From: the human T2T-CHM13v2.0 reference genome, Homo sapiens
Assembly (NCBI RefSeq): GCF_009914755.1
Contig: NC_060937.1
DNA: 64,000 bases
Strand: one strand, 5' to 3'
Each line of letters opens with the position of its first letter. Position 1 is the stretch's first letter. The position numbers were made by a program, and so were the translations under genes. This document shows, piece by piece, positions 1 through 13,965 of the stretch. The notes beneath the pieces were generated by a model. The model was not told where the DNA came from. It saw nothing but the letters and a program-made list of their open reading frames with translations, and did no database searches.

Positions 1-685
1 CAAACCGAAGGGCCAGTCTCACTGCCACCATGCCCCCCTCAACAGCCCCACGTCTGTTTCCAGGCAGAGAGCAATACGAGTCTGAAAACCTGCCCCAGGA
101 TACCTGCCTCCAACTACGAAAGAAAAGGGTTTGGTTTTTTGCCTGCCTGTGGAGTCTGCACACCGGATTTGCGCCCTCCTTTGAATTCTGGCCAGGAGGC
201 TTCTCATCCCGTTCAAATTGTTACAAAGTTCAGCTAGAGATGTCCTTCTCCCTGTGTGGTTTTACCCCCTGCTCGTCTCCTGTTGGATCCCCATGGTGCC
301 AGGCAGGAATGGCCTGCTAGGGGACCCAGTGAGTTCCCAGGGCCCTTCTCACTGTTTCCTCTACTCCTGTATTTTGCTCAGCTCTCCAAACTGACTCAGC
401 TCCAGGTAAACTCGGAAACTTCTTCCACGAACAGACCTTCAGCTTCTCCAGTGGGAGTGTGTGTTCGGGAGAGGATGGTCTCACTTTCACGGTTGGGGCA
501 CTCAACAGTTTTGCGGGGTGGTATCCCGGGTCCACTTCCTTCAGAGGGTGTGTGGGTCCTCTTGGGATGGCTGGTTTGCTCTTGCGGTCGATCTGGAGCT
601 AAAATTCACAGTGTGAGTCCCCGCACACTGCTCTGTCCAGAGATGCAATCTAGTCCTGCCTCCCATCTGCCATGATGATCCCGCT
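1..685 (-). mobile_element. LINE-1 L1PBa/L1PB-type 5' UTR (element continues left of the window)
   Basis: Reverse complement begins ATCATGGCAGATGGGAGGCAGGACTAGATTGCATCTCTGGACAGAGCAGTGTGCGGG, matching the recalled L1PBa 5' end; relatively GC/CpG-rich. Confidence 0.8.
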
Positions 686-3600
686 CCTCCTTTTCATTGT
701 TGAACACTATTCTATGATATGTGTATATCATAATTTGTTTAACCATTTGCCCATTGAAAGACATCAGGGTTTTTTCCAATTTTTGAATATTGTAAATAAA
801 GCTGCTATGAATATTTGTGTACAAATTTTTGTGTAAATGTAAGTATTCATTTCTCCAAGATAAATGCCCAGGAATGCCATTATTGGTCTGTATGATAGTT
901 GCGTGTTTAGTTCTTTATGAAACTGTCAAATCATTTTTCAGGGTGGCTGTACCATTTTACATTCCCACCAGCAATGTAGGGATTTAGTTCCTCTGCATCT
1001 TGCTAGCATTTGATGTTGTCAGTAGTTTTTATTTTACTTATTCTGATTCATATATAGTGATACTCATTGTGATTTTAACTTGCATTCTTGTAATGACTAA
1101 TGATGTTCAGCATCTCTTAATAGGCTTATTGGCCATCTCTATATACTCTTCAGTAAAATATTTCTTTGTGTCTTTTTCCTATTTTTTAACTGAATTGTTT
1201 TTTACTGTTGACTTTTGAGAGTTCTTTATATATTCTAGGGTACTAGTCCTTTCTCAGATATCTGCTTTGCAAATATTTTCTCCGAATCCATAGCTTATAT
1301 TTTCATCTACTCACCAAGGTCTTTTGCAGAGCAAAATTTTTAATTTTAATGAAGTGAAATTTTTCCTTGCTTTGATATGAAGTCTAAGAACTTTTTCTAT
1401 TTTTAGATACCAAAGATTTTTTCGTATTTTTCCAATAGTTTTATAGTTTTGTGATTCACATTAAGTCCATAATCCATTTCGAATTTTTACATAAGGTGTG
1501 CTACTGAGAATGAAGTTCATTTTTTTGCCCATGGATATCAAATTGCTCCAGAACCATTTATTTAAAGAGCATCTTGTCTCTAGTGAATTGAATTTGCACC
1601 TCTGTCAAAAATCATGCAAATATGCACTTCTGTTCATATTTGTGTGGGTCTTTACCTGTGTTCTCTATTTTCTTACAGTGATATATCTCTATCCATCACC
1701 AACCACAGTCTTGATTACTGTATCTACATAATCTCATAAAATTGCCTAGACTAAGTCCTTCCACTTTTTAAAAATTGTTCAAAATATTCCAGTTCCTTTG
1801 CCAATCCACAAAGGACTTAGAATAATTTTGTTGACATCCTCAAAAAATATTCTTGGGATTTTGATAGGAATTGCTACCAATATCTACATATCAGCTTGGG
1901 GAGAAGTGACATCTTCCACTCCATAAACATGGTATGTCTCTTTGTTTACTTAAATCCTTTTTATTTCTTTCATCAGTATTGTATAGTATTCAGCATGCAT
2001 TTCTTATACATGTTTTGTTATATTTATGCCTAAGTAACTCTTTTTAGAGCAATTGTAAATGGTATCATATTTTTCAATTTCTGTGTCAATGTGTTCATTG
2101 CCAGTATATCAAAATACAACTGGCTTTTATATGTTCAGCTTGTATCTTGCAACCTTGCTGAGCTAACTCCAGGATTTTTTTATAGATTCTTTGATATATT
2201 CTATATACACAATCATGCCATCTGCAGATAAAAACTTTTTTTCTTCTTTCTCAGTCTATTGCTTTTTGCTCCTTTTCTTGCCTTTTGGCACTCTGTTGAA
2301 TAAGAGTAGTGAGATTGAATATCCTTGCCTTGTTCTCAATCTTGAAGAGAAAGCATTCAGCCTTTCACCTTTAACTAAAATGTTATTTCTAGGATTTTTG
2401 TTTTTGTAGACTGTCATATATCGAGTTTAAGAAATCCCACTATTCCTTCTTTTTTTCCAAGAATTTTCATCATAAATAAGTGTTGAATTTAATCAAATGA
2501 TTTTTCTGCATCAATCGATATGATCACGTGGCTTCTTTCCTCTAACCTGTTAATGTGGTGGATTGCATAGATTGATTTTCAAATATTGAACCAGCATTGC
2601 ATCTACAAAATAAATACCACTAGGTTATGGTAAACAATTCTTTTATATACTGCTGAATTCTATTTGCTAATACTTTGCTAAGTATTTTTACTTCTCTATT
2701 TATGATTGATACTGGTAGACAGTTTTCTTTTTTGTACTGTTTTTGTCTGGTTCTAGTATCAAGGAAATACTAGCTTAATAAAATAAATTGGAAAGCGTTG
2801 CTTCCTTTCCTATTTTCTGGAAGAGACTCTGTAGAATTAGTATTAATTATTCTTCAAACATGTGATAGAATTCTCCAGTAAAACAAATAGGGCCTGGATA
2901 TTTCTTTGGGGGGAGTTTTAAAATTATAAATCATATTTCCTTAGTAATTACAGTACTATTCAAATTACAAACATAATATTGGGTGAGTTGTGGTAGCCTG
3001 TGTTTTTCAAGGAATTGGCCCATTTCTTCTAAGTTGTCAAATTCATGTCAGTGAATTGCTCACAGTATTATCTTAATTTCCTTTTGATGTCTGCAGGGTC
3101 TTCAGTGACATATACAATATATTTGGTGATACAGTAATTTATGTATCCTCCCTTTTTTGTCAGTCTTGCTAGAAGCTAATTGATCTTTCAAATAAAGAGC
3201 ACTTTATTCCACTGATTTTCTCTACTATTTTTCTGTTTTCAATTTCTTTGACTTCTGCTCTTATCTTTATCTCCCTTTTTCTGCTTCAAGTTTAACTTGT
3301 TTTGTTTTAGTTTTTTGGGGTGATAAATTATTAATTCAAGATTATTTCCTCATTTTTAATGTATGAATTTAGTCCTATAAATTTCCCTCTCATCACTGCT
3401 TTATCTACCTACAAATTTTATGTTGTGTTTTCATTTTCATTTAGTTCAATATATTTTTATGTCCCCGATACTCTGACCCACGCATTGACTAAAAGTATAT
3501 TATTTAGTTTCAAAGTGTTGGAAATTGTCCTCTTATATTTCTGTTATCTCTAGCTTGATTTATTTGGATCAGAGAACATACTCTATACGGTTTCAATGGC

Positions 3601-6520
3601 CTTATATTAAGGGTTTTTAAAATCACTCAAGCTATTATCTTTTTTGGGATATAGTCCACAGGCATTTGAAAAAATATATATATTCTGCTGTTATTGGGTG
3701 GACTGTTTTATAAATGTAAATTTGATCCTATTAGTTGATGGTTTTGTGAGATATTCTATATCCTTACTGATTTTCTGTATAACTGTCCTATCAACTTTTG
3801 AGAAAGGGGTGTTGAACTCTCCACATATAATTGTAGATTTGCCTGTTTCTCCTTTCTATTCTATCAGTTTTCACTTCACGTATTTTGTAGCTGTTGTCTC
3901 GTGCATTAACATTTAGAATTGCAATATCTTCCTAGTAGATTGACCTTTGCATCATTATATTATGTCCAGCTCTGTCTCTGACAATTTTCTTTGTTCTAAA
4001 GTCTACTTTATCTGATATTAACATAGCCACTCTTGAATTCCATTGATTAATGTTTGTATATCTTTTCTGCCCTTTTATTTTCAATGTGCATATGTCATTA
4101 TATCTGATGTTTCTTGTAGATAGCATACAGTTGGTTCATGTTTTTAATCACCCTGACAGCCTCCGTCTTGATCGTTTTAGACTATCTGCATTTAATGCAA
4201 TTATTGATATGTTAGGGCTTCAGTCTGTTATCTTTTGTTTTTTTGTTCTGCTTTTCATCTCTGTTTTTTCTTGTGTTCCAAGTAAGTTAATCATTTTAGA
4301 ATTCCATTTTGATTCACCTATAGTGTTTTAAATGTATTTCTTATATTTTAATGGTTGCTCTGGTTATTACATATATATGTATAATTCAGACAGTCTATTA
4401 GTATCATTTTATCAGTTTGAGTGAACTATAGAAACCCTATCTACTTTGAAGTCTCTTTGCCTTCCCCCACTTAAAATATAGTTGTCTTAAATATTTCCTC
4501 TGCATTTATTTACAACCTACATCAGACAGGGTTATAATTTTTACTTCAACTACCAAATATATTTATTAAATTCAAAAGGAGAAGGAAAGCTTAATGTTTA
4601 CCCATGTTTACACATGCTTTTGTTTACTGTGTTCTTTCTTCCTTTCTAATTTCCCAGAGTCCCTTCCTTTATTGTTTCTTTTCTATTTAGAGAACTTTTT
4701 CAAATCGCATTTCTAGGGCAGGTTTAAGGTGACTAAATCCCTTCGTCTTCCTTATCCTGAGATGGTCTTTATTTCTCCTTCATTCCTGAAGGATAATTCC
4801 ACTGGGTTTAGAATTATGAGTTGATAATTTTTCTTTCAGCACTTGAAAAATATTGTGCCACTTTATTCTGGGTTTCATTGTTTCTCAGGAGAAACACGCT
4901 GTCCTTCTAATTGATTTTTCCTGTGTCATTTTTTTTCTCACTTTCAAGAATTTTTCTTGAATATAGTTTTCAGAAGTTTAATTATAATGCATCTTAGTGT
5001 AAACTTTTTTGTGTTTATTCTGTTTGGGGTTTCCTCAGCTTCTTGAATCTGTAGGTTTATATCTTTTCCAAATTTGAGAAATTTTCAGCCATTATATCTT
5101 CAGGTACTTTTCCAGCACTGCTCTCTTTCTCCTTCCTTCTGGGACTTCGATGCCGTGAATGTTAGATGTTTTGTTATAATCCCACAGGTCTGTGAGGTGC
5201 TGTTCATTATTTGCTTATCATTATTCTCTTTACTCTCATCATTGAGATTGGAATTTCTATTGTTATGTCTTCCAGTTATTGATGCCTTCCTTTCTCCCCT
5301 TCACTATGCTGTTGAGTCTATCTGCTGAGCATCTTATTTCAGTTTCTGTATTCTCAGTTGTAAAATGTTCATTTAGTTCCTCTTCATATTTCCTTGGTGA
5401 GACTTTCTATTTCTTTGCTGAGCTTTCTATTTTTGCATTTATTTCAAGTGTAATTGCTAGTTTAAGCATTTCTACCATAGCTGCTTTCAAATCCTTTTCA
5501 GATAATTCTGACAGTCATCCCAATGTTGGCAGCTATTGACTGTCTCTTTTCATACAATTTGAGGTCCTCCTGGTTCTTTGTATAAAGAGAGATTTTCAAT
5601 TGAAAGCTGAACATTTTTATATTATGCTCTGAGACCTTGAACCTTATTTAAACCTTCTGTTTTCACTGGCTTTTCCTGACCTTGCTCCCATAGGGGAAGG
5701 AAGAATGCCATCTCATATTGCCAGGTATAAAGGTCCAGGTTCCCCACTTGGCCTTCGCTGACACCCAAGTGGGAATTTATTTTAACTGCTGGATATGGTT
5801 GGGGTTTCTAGATCTCTCTGTGGCCTCCTCAGACACTGATGTGAGGGTAGCCCCATGACCACTAGGCAATGGTAAAAGTCCCAAGTCTCCATTAGGTCTC
5901 CAATATCACAGCCCCAGCAAGAAGGGGCAGGGGTACATAATTTTTGTTAGGTAGAAGTGGAAATCTACCATCTGATACTGCAGCATGAATGAGGAGAGGG
6001 GACAAGTCGTTACCAACCAGCAGGGATGAAAGTCCTCGCTCCCTACTTTGTCTCTGATATTACCCCACAGGAGAATAGTTATAGCCTCTGGAAAGTGAAA
6101 GAAAGTCTAGCTTCTGCACTCAGGCTTCCCTGGCACGGGTAAGAGTGGGGCCACAATTATTTCTGTTGTTTGGCAAAGAGATTAGTGTCTAAAAGTGTTC
6201 TGTCTTGCTGCAATGTCCCTTTTTCTACATTTCTGGCTAGAGAGAGTAGGCTTCACTGGGGGCTTTTTGTCTGTGCCCATTGGTATTCCCAGCTTGCTAG
6301 CTTCTTCAGTGTCAAGTCTTGGATATGTAAGATAAGAAGACAACACAGGGAACTTACCACCAGGTTATTCCTCTGGGTCTCATGTCCTTAACCAGTCTAC
6401 TTCCTCCTCTCTGCCTTTCAGAATCTTGTGTTTGTTCTATATGGAATGTCCAGGAGTTTTCATTGTATTTAGTGGGAGGAATAGGAAAATCACATCCACT
6501 CCAATTACTCGAAAGTGGAA
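686..6520 (-). mobile_element. Ancient near-full-length LINE-1 (L1MC/L1MD-like) with decayed ORF1/ORF2 and 5' UTR
   Basis: T-rich L1M antisense throughout; ORF 3932..4126(-) has the endonuclease segment MLISDKVDFRTKKIVRDRAGHNIMMQRSI; the 5' UTR-like minus-strand sequence TTTTCCTATTCCTCCCACTAAATACAATGAAAACTCCTGGACATT lies near 6445-6490. Confidence 0.85.
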
Positions 6521-7744
6521 TTCTGTATTTTTAATTCACATAGCTGTTACCTAATTGCCTTCCATACATGTATCAATTTACATTTACATTTCAGTTGAAC
6601 CAATTACATTTCTGCAGAGTTAACACTGGTTTACACCACTGGTTTTCATTCCAGAAATTGCTCTTGGCCATCTGTTTTTGCCCTCACATCTGCCATTTTA
6701 GAGTCAACTTAAGAACTTTTTTTATAGAAAATTCTTCTTACAGGGTAGAAAAGAAGTAATGGTATTCAGGAGTGAGCTTCTAGTAGATGCCTTCCTTTCA
6801 CTTGCCTGCCTCCCACCTAGCCCTAGTTCATCTAATTTGAAGGTGATTAGTGGAGCTTTTCTAAGCCTCCTCCACTTAACAAAAGTGAACACTACGCAGA
6901 GTTCTGAGAAGGGAATTTTTATTCCAGTTCCTGGTGTCTTCTATTTTATTCTAAATCAGATTATATTAAACAAAACTTCCCTGAAGTTTGAGGTATTTTA
7001 TTGGGACTATTCCCTAATCCCACCATTCTCACCATGTATGCTTATTTTTGTATGTTTTAGTCAGTATTTTGGGAGAATGTGGTGGACTGCTATCATTCAA
7101 ATAAGCATTAAGTGGACACCCTTTATAGGCAGCTTCTTTTCAGGGGCGGAAATAAGCCATTGCATGTGTAAGAACTAAGGTTGAGCAACAGCAATTTTGC
7201 CAGATGAGTATCCACTTTCGCTGTTTAGTCCCTCACACTTGATTACACCACATCTTTATTTTCTGGGCTTGTTTGTATGGTAGTCCTTAAACCCTACTTT
7301 CAACACTGGTGTGAAAAGAGTATTCCAAGAATAAGACAGCAGTAACTAGGAATCCCTATCATTTAAGATAGAAATACAATTAAAACACTCTCCCCTCAAT
7401 TAAAGCTTATTGCCATTAATACACAGTCCCCAGAAGGGTTTTTGTTGGTTTTACTTCAAAAGCTGAAGCTCCTGCCCTTTACTACAAAGAAACATATACA
7501 CATGAAGTAAAAGGATTACCTTGTGAGCCTCAATGTAGAATAGAGGGTGTGTGTACAGATATACTGCAACTTCTCAAACTAAAAAAAAAAAAGATATGTA
7601 AATACTTCTGATAAAATATTTACTTATACTAGAATATTTCATACAAAAAATACATAAAAATGGAACTCCACATAATACTATCTAGCTATAAATTACTGTA
7701 AAATGTTTTTTGGAATATTTTATTCTAGTCTCTTCCTAGGCATT

Positions 7745-7771
7745 TATATATACATACAACCACACACACAC

Positions 7772-7816
<45 letters not shown>

Positions 7817-7852
7817 CACATATATATACACGCATACATACGTGTGCGTATA

Positions 7853-7883
<31 letters not shown>

Positions 7884-7890
7884 ATGTAAT
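7745..7890. repeat. Compound (CA)n/(TA)n/(TG)n microsatellite
   Basis: Directly visible alternating purine-pyrimidine runs. Confidence 0.95.
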
Positions 7891-7899
7891 ACATATAAT

Positions 7900-8185
7900 T
7901 AGATGGGCTCATACCGTAAATACCACTTTGAACTCTGCTTTATTCACTTAACATAATGTATTTTCCCATTTGGTTAAGTGGTCTTTAAAAACATGAGTCT
8001 TTAATGACTGCAATAATAATATTCTGCCTTCTGAAGGTGCCATAACTTAAACATTCTTCTATTTGTGGGTATTTAAGTTTTTACATTTTTGCCACTTTTA
8101 ATAACACTGCAATGCATGTCCTTTTCCATAAATCTTTGAGTTTATTTTCCTCAGGGTAGACTGCTAGAATTTGGATTACTGAATT
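7900..8185 (-). mobile_element. Old L1M (L1ME-like) 3' fragment
   Basis: TTTATTCACTTAACATAATG...ATAACACTGCAATGCATGTCCTT...TTTCCTCAGGGTAGACTGCTAGAATTTGGATTACTG resembles L1M antisense. Confidence 0.65.
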
Positions 8186-8994
8186 GCAGCTACTAGCTGC
8201 ACTAGGCTCCCTCCCACAGCAGGAAACCTGGTTCTGGGTTAGGGCCAAATTCACTCTTGGCCTCAGCACTGAAAAGAGATTGCAGATTCTGCACCCCTCT
8301 GGCAAGACACTGTTGAGGTTCTCTTTAGAATTCTTATTTCCTGTCAGTGGTGCGGCCAGGTAAGCCTGGGGCTCTTTCAGCTTGCACAAAGTGTATTTGC
8401 TGCTTCTGCTCCGAGAAGAACTGCTAGGAATCGGGAAACTGAGTCAGATTTGTATGTTTCCTCTGGTTTGTACTCTGCCGGTTTGAGTCAGTAGAAAGGT
8501 AAGAAATTTTTTTTTGCAAGAACCCCTGTCTGCTAATTAATTTTAGAACAAATATAATAGTTTCCATACCACGAGGAAACAGTATCTTTAAAACAAAATC
8601 GGGAACACAATATCTACACGCAAGTAGGCTTTTATTATTTTTTCTTTTATTCTTTTTTCTTTGGCTAAAATTTAGGCACTATATTGTTTTACCACATTAT
8701 CTGATCGTGATGCTTCATCTCTGATCACATGTTGCTGTCATTAAGGCATTTCTGAGGCTTTTCTTTCTTAATCTGGAAAGTTATTAAATTGTAAAAACGT
8801 GGCTTGTTGTATACTACCTTCTAAAATTATTAAAGAACACTTTTCTTTAAAACAAGAGTGTTCTCCATTGCCGTCAAGACAAACAGCAGTAACTTTACAC
8901 AAAAGAAGCATTCATCTGTCACCCTACTTTAAAACACCCAATATCCATCAGCTGTTTGCCCTTCTTGGAGCAGCCTGAGCAGGAAAGGATTAAT

Positions 8995-10010
<1,016 letters not shown>

Positions 10011-10109
10011 TCTAAATGAACTTCAGAGTCAACAATTTGAGCTAGATTCCAATTTCATGACAAATATAATGTTTATAGCAGTAAAGATGTAAAAAGGCAT
10101 TCAAACTCA

Positions 10110-10810
10110 CTACTAACCATGGAATTATAAATTATTTGCCATCAAATAAGTAAAACATTTTAAAGGTTGATAATGTTCAATGTTGATATAAATATGGGTA
10201 AAATAGGCATTTTCATAGACCATTGATGAGAAAATAAATTGGTAGAGTTATTTTAGAGGAAATTTGCCAGTATCTATCATAATGCAAAATATGAGTATCA
10301 TTTGATCCAATAATTCCCCATCTAGGAATCTGTCTCATAGATATTCTTACACATGTACACAAAGATACAAGGTAGTTCACCACAGCACTGTTTGTAAAAA
10401 TCCCGCATTGGGATCCACAAATAAGTCCACGTGTAGGGGAATGATAAAAGTAAATTATTAAGTATCCATACCAAGGAATGTTGTAGAGCTATTAAAAATA
10501 ATGAAGTAGATATATGTATAATAATATGGGGAAAATCTTTTAAGATATATTATTATATAAAAAAACAAGTTTCAGAGTAATGTGACCAACATAATGCTAT
10601 TTACATTTTAAAATGTGTGTATGTGTGTGTGTGTGTGTGTGTGGATAGGTGGGTTGATAGTGTATATATGTATACATATATTTAGAAGGATAAGAACAAA
10701 AAGGATAGTAGTATTTACTTTTGGGGAGGTGAGGTTAGAGAGTAAAAAGAGCTTATAACTTTTAAATCTAAGTATTTCTATAGTATTGAGTACTATGTAG
10801 GTATTTCTCT
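10110..10810 (+). mobile_element. L1ME-type 3' end fragment containing (TG)n at 10613-10642
   Basis: TTTGATCCAATAATTCCCCATCTAGGAATCTGTCTCATAGATATTCTTACACATGTACACAAAGATA is a typical L1ME 3' motif. Confidence 0.75.
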
Positions 10811-12665
10811 TAAAAGTTTTAATTTCAAATATACAAATTGCACATAAATGTAATCTTATAATGAGTAAGTGAAAATTTAAAATATATTTGTATATTTTAA
10901 ATTTAAAAACTTAAAAGCAACACCTACTTAATATCACCTTTACCTGGATCACCACTTTGTGTGTCTGTATGTTTATTTACTGTTGAACTGGCAGAAAGTT
11001 ATTCATATTTGAACCGGCCAACAGATAATATGTGTACTCTCCTGCTGGCAAAACCCCTTGGGTGGTAGCTTCTGAATCTCTTTCTGGGTTCCATCCTATA
11101 GTGCAAGTTGGTCTGCACACTTTTAATGTTTAGCAAGTTTTCATCCTGGACTAACCTAAGCAACTGGGCTGAGGTGTATTATTTCCTATTGTTGCATATT
11201 TATTTACTCCAAACTCCCATCAAAGAGTACAAGGAAAGCCACAATACATGCACCCAGTGCTAGACAAGCTCTTCCTGCTTCCAGTTACATACTTGGATGG
11301 TGTGTTACAGAGGAGAGGGAGATTTACCACCTACGATGGATTTCATTCTTCTTCTCCAGCACGACCTACTAAACAAGGATAGTAAATTTCTGGGAGATGC
11401 TGTCTATGTAGATATTTTAAAAGGGTGTTGTAGAGAAGGAGCTCTGCAACAATATATGGAACAGGTCAAAAAGCAGTACCCACAGGAGACGGCTGCCCAG
11501 GCTTTCTAACTGCTACAGAAATCCAGTGTTGGCTAATGATAGTTATTCTCAATTCAGCTCCATCCATCTTGTAATCAGCAGAAATTCCTCTAGAAATCCT
11601 GCAAAAGGCCATCAGTCTTATTTTCTACCAATATGTTTTTATCTTTTTATGTCATCATGGGTATGTAAGTGGAAAGGTGGGAGAGGCTGCCTCAGGGTCT
11701 ATCAGCCAGGTGATATTATAAACATGTTCTTTTGTAATTAAAAGTTCAAACATAAAATAACAATGTTAATGGGCAAAAGAGGTCATAAACACAGAAGTTG
11801 TAGGTGGGCACACACCACTCTTAGAACATGTTTCTACATCATGGTGGCTGTATCTGCTGCTTACTAATCAGGCATGGTGGCTCTCCAGGGTATTAATTCC
11901 CCCAAGGACCAAGAACCCATTTATTGTGTATGTGTGCAGGGAACAGGGGAACGTTTCTATGGCAGCTGCCTGGAAGATCAGAAGCAAGGGGAGAGAAAGG
12001 AATGAAGGAAAGCATTAACGAACACAGAAAGCCTGAAATCTGGGTAGAAATAAAGGTAGACAGTAGGGGATAAAAAGGGGATTAATACCTGTGAAGTGAT
12101 AAAAGAGAACAGACTCCAAAAGGGGGTATAAGAGAAAAACTCTGTAAGTAATCAGTGGGAAATGGAAGCTCCACTGGAAAAGTCATTCAGCTTAGTTTTA
12201 TTCAGACTTAAAACCGGGATTTGGTGCCACCAGAAGAGAGTAGGTAAGCATGAAAGCTGAAGCAATTTATCAAAATTATCCTTTCTACTGATGAGCATTT
12301 CTTTCAACAAATGTCCGTTACAAAAAGCAAAGCCACAATTGTATTAATTACTCAGCACCCGGTGCTGTTTCCTATGAAGAAACTAAGGAAAAAAATATAA
12401 TATAAAAAGAATAAGTGTATGACTTTTTTGGTCTTTGACAGAGATAAACGTGCTAGAAGGAAATCTTCCACTCTATTTGAAATGTAAAAATACATGTTCA
12501 GCTCATATATTTCCTGTAATTTCCACATGTGAGAAGTGAGAATGTCTAAAATTATCCAATATAAAATATGATGTATATCAGGATTTTGTTGGATCTTGTC
12601 AGCTACTCATAGGCAGATAAGGCAGGAAAGGAAGGGCCACAACTTGCATTAGACTTGCAGTTAAA

Positions 12666-12717
12666 GAGACAGAGAGATAAAGGAGAGGGAGAGAGAGAGA
12701 GCAAGCGAGCACACACA
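12666..12717. repeat. (GA)n-rich simple repeat
   Basis: GAGACAGAGAGATAAAGGAGAGGGAGAGAGAGAGA. Confidence 0.8.
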
Positions 12718-13849
12718 TGCACTGAAATGGGCAAAACATAATGCTCACTCTGACCTCAATCCAGGGGCAAAAGAACAGCTAGTTTCAGGAACTAGGGCAA
12801 GATGCAGAAAGGGGGCCAGCAGTTCTCATAAGCCCTCTCGCACCAGTCAGCACACAACTATCAATCAATGGGGAAGAAGCAGGGCCCTATCATGGGACTG
12901 ACCTTCTGGGGAAACGCAGCCCCAACACAGCCAGAATTGCTGTCAGCACAGCTAGGTAGGGCTTCATTCCTAGAGTGGGGACCAAATAACTAAGAGAGTT
13001 CTGTCCTACACCACCTCAGGCTGCCTGAGGTTGGAGAACTCGGGCACAGAAGTTTTGCTGTAACTAAGAGACAACAAGTGGGCAGAGCTGATGATGGGTC
13101 AAGAGCACTGGGTCCCATGCTCATGGTCACGCAAATAATAGTGACATACAGCAAATACTATAAAAGGGCCTCCTGTTATTGGTAGTAGCAGGACATCACA
13201 TCCAATTTCAAACGATAACATCTTCTTGAAGGTGAAGTTTTTGCATTTAAAGTCTGGTTAATAACTGTTTCATGGAACCATGGGAAGATAACTCTGGAAG
13301 AGCCAGCAGATTATCTAGTGTCTGCCCAGGTTCCAGTGTAACTTGCTGTTTGTCTTTGAGCATTATCATTAAACCTTACAGGGTCTTGATTTTCTCATCC
13401 CAATAGTCTCCCTGGCCTCCCTGGAAAACTCTGTGGCCCACGAACTTTTGTCAGGAAGCTCTTCTTACAAATATTCTCTTAGCAAAAATTATCCTATATT
13501 TGACACTTTCAATTATTCAACAAATCTAGAGGAAATAATCACATTACAAAATAGATGTCCAGAACATTCCACCTTGTTTCACAGAAATCCTGTGGAAAGT
13601 AGACATGGCAACAGCATAACCAACGGCACGGGTGGCAGAGATCCAGGAAGACAAGTCAGGAAGGAACAGTGCTAAGGAGAGGAGGAAATCAGCCACTGAA
13701 GAAATTCTGGGACACAGCAATCAATCACTAGCAAAGAAGGTGCAGCTTTGAGAATACACTAAGGAAAAGGGAGGGAGGGAAGAAGAGACGGTAGGCAGGC
13801 AAGCGCATATTCTATGTTCCATAGTGCACTGGGGAAAACAGGACCATGA

Positions 13850-13965
13850 ATGAAAGGTTTGGAACATAAGTCCTGTCATAGCTCACCTTGAGATTTCAAT
13901 CAAGTTACAACTCTTTGGGCTTTGGGTTCTTTTCTGTAAAATGAGAAATCAGGATTGGTGAGATG
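13850..13965 (+). mobile_element. MIR fragment
   Basis: CAAGTTACAACTCTTTGGGCTTTGGGTTCTTTTCTGTAAAATGAG resembles the MIR core. Confidence 0.5.

Noticed and set aside
1-6520. About 20 ORFs of 60-139 aa in the first 6.5 kb
   Set aside because: All lie within L1 sequence; the F/L/S/I-rich plus-strand frames are L1 antisense artefacts, and the one ORF2-like piece is a short decayed fragment
8700-8730. GTGATG...CTGA resembling snoRNA C/D boxes
   Set aside because: Spacing far too short and imperfect C box
11297-11509. 70 aa ORF with a natural-looking composition (MVCYRGEGDLPP...)
   Set aside because: No recognisable homology and no poly(A)/TSD hallmarks of a processed pseudogene; needs BLAST/PhyloCSF to reconsider
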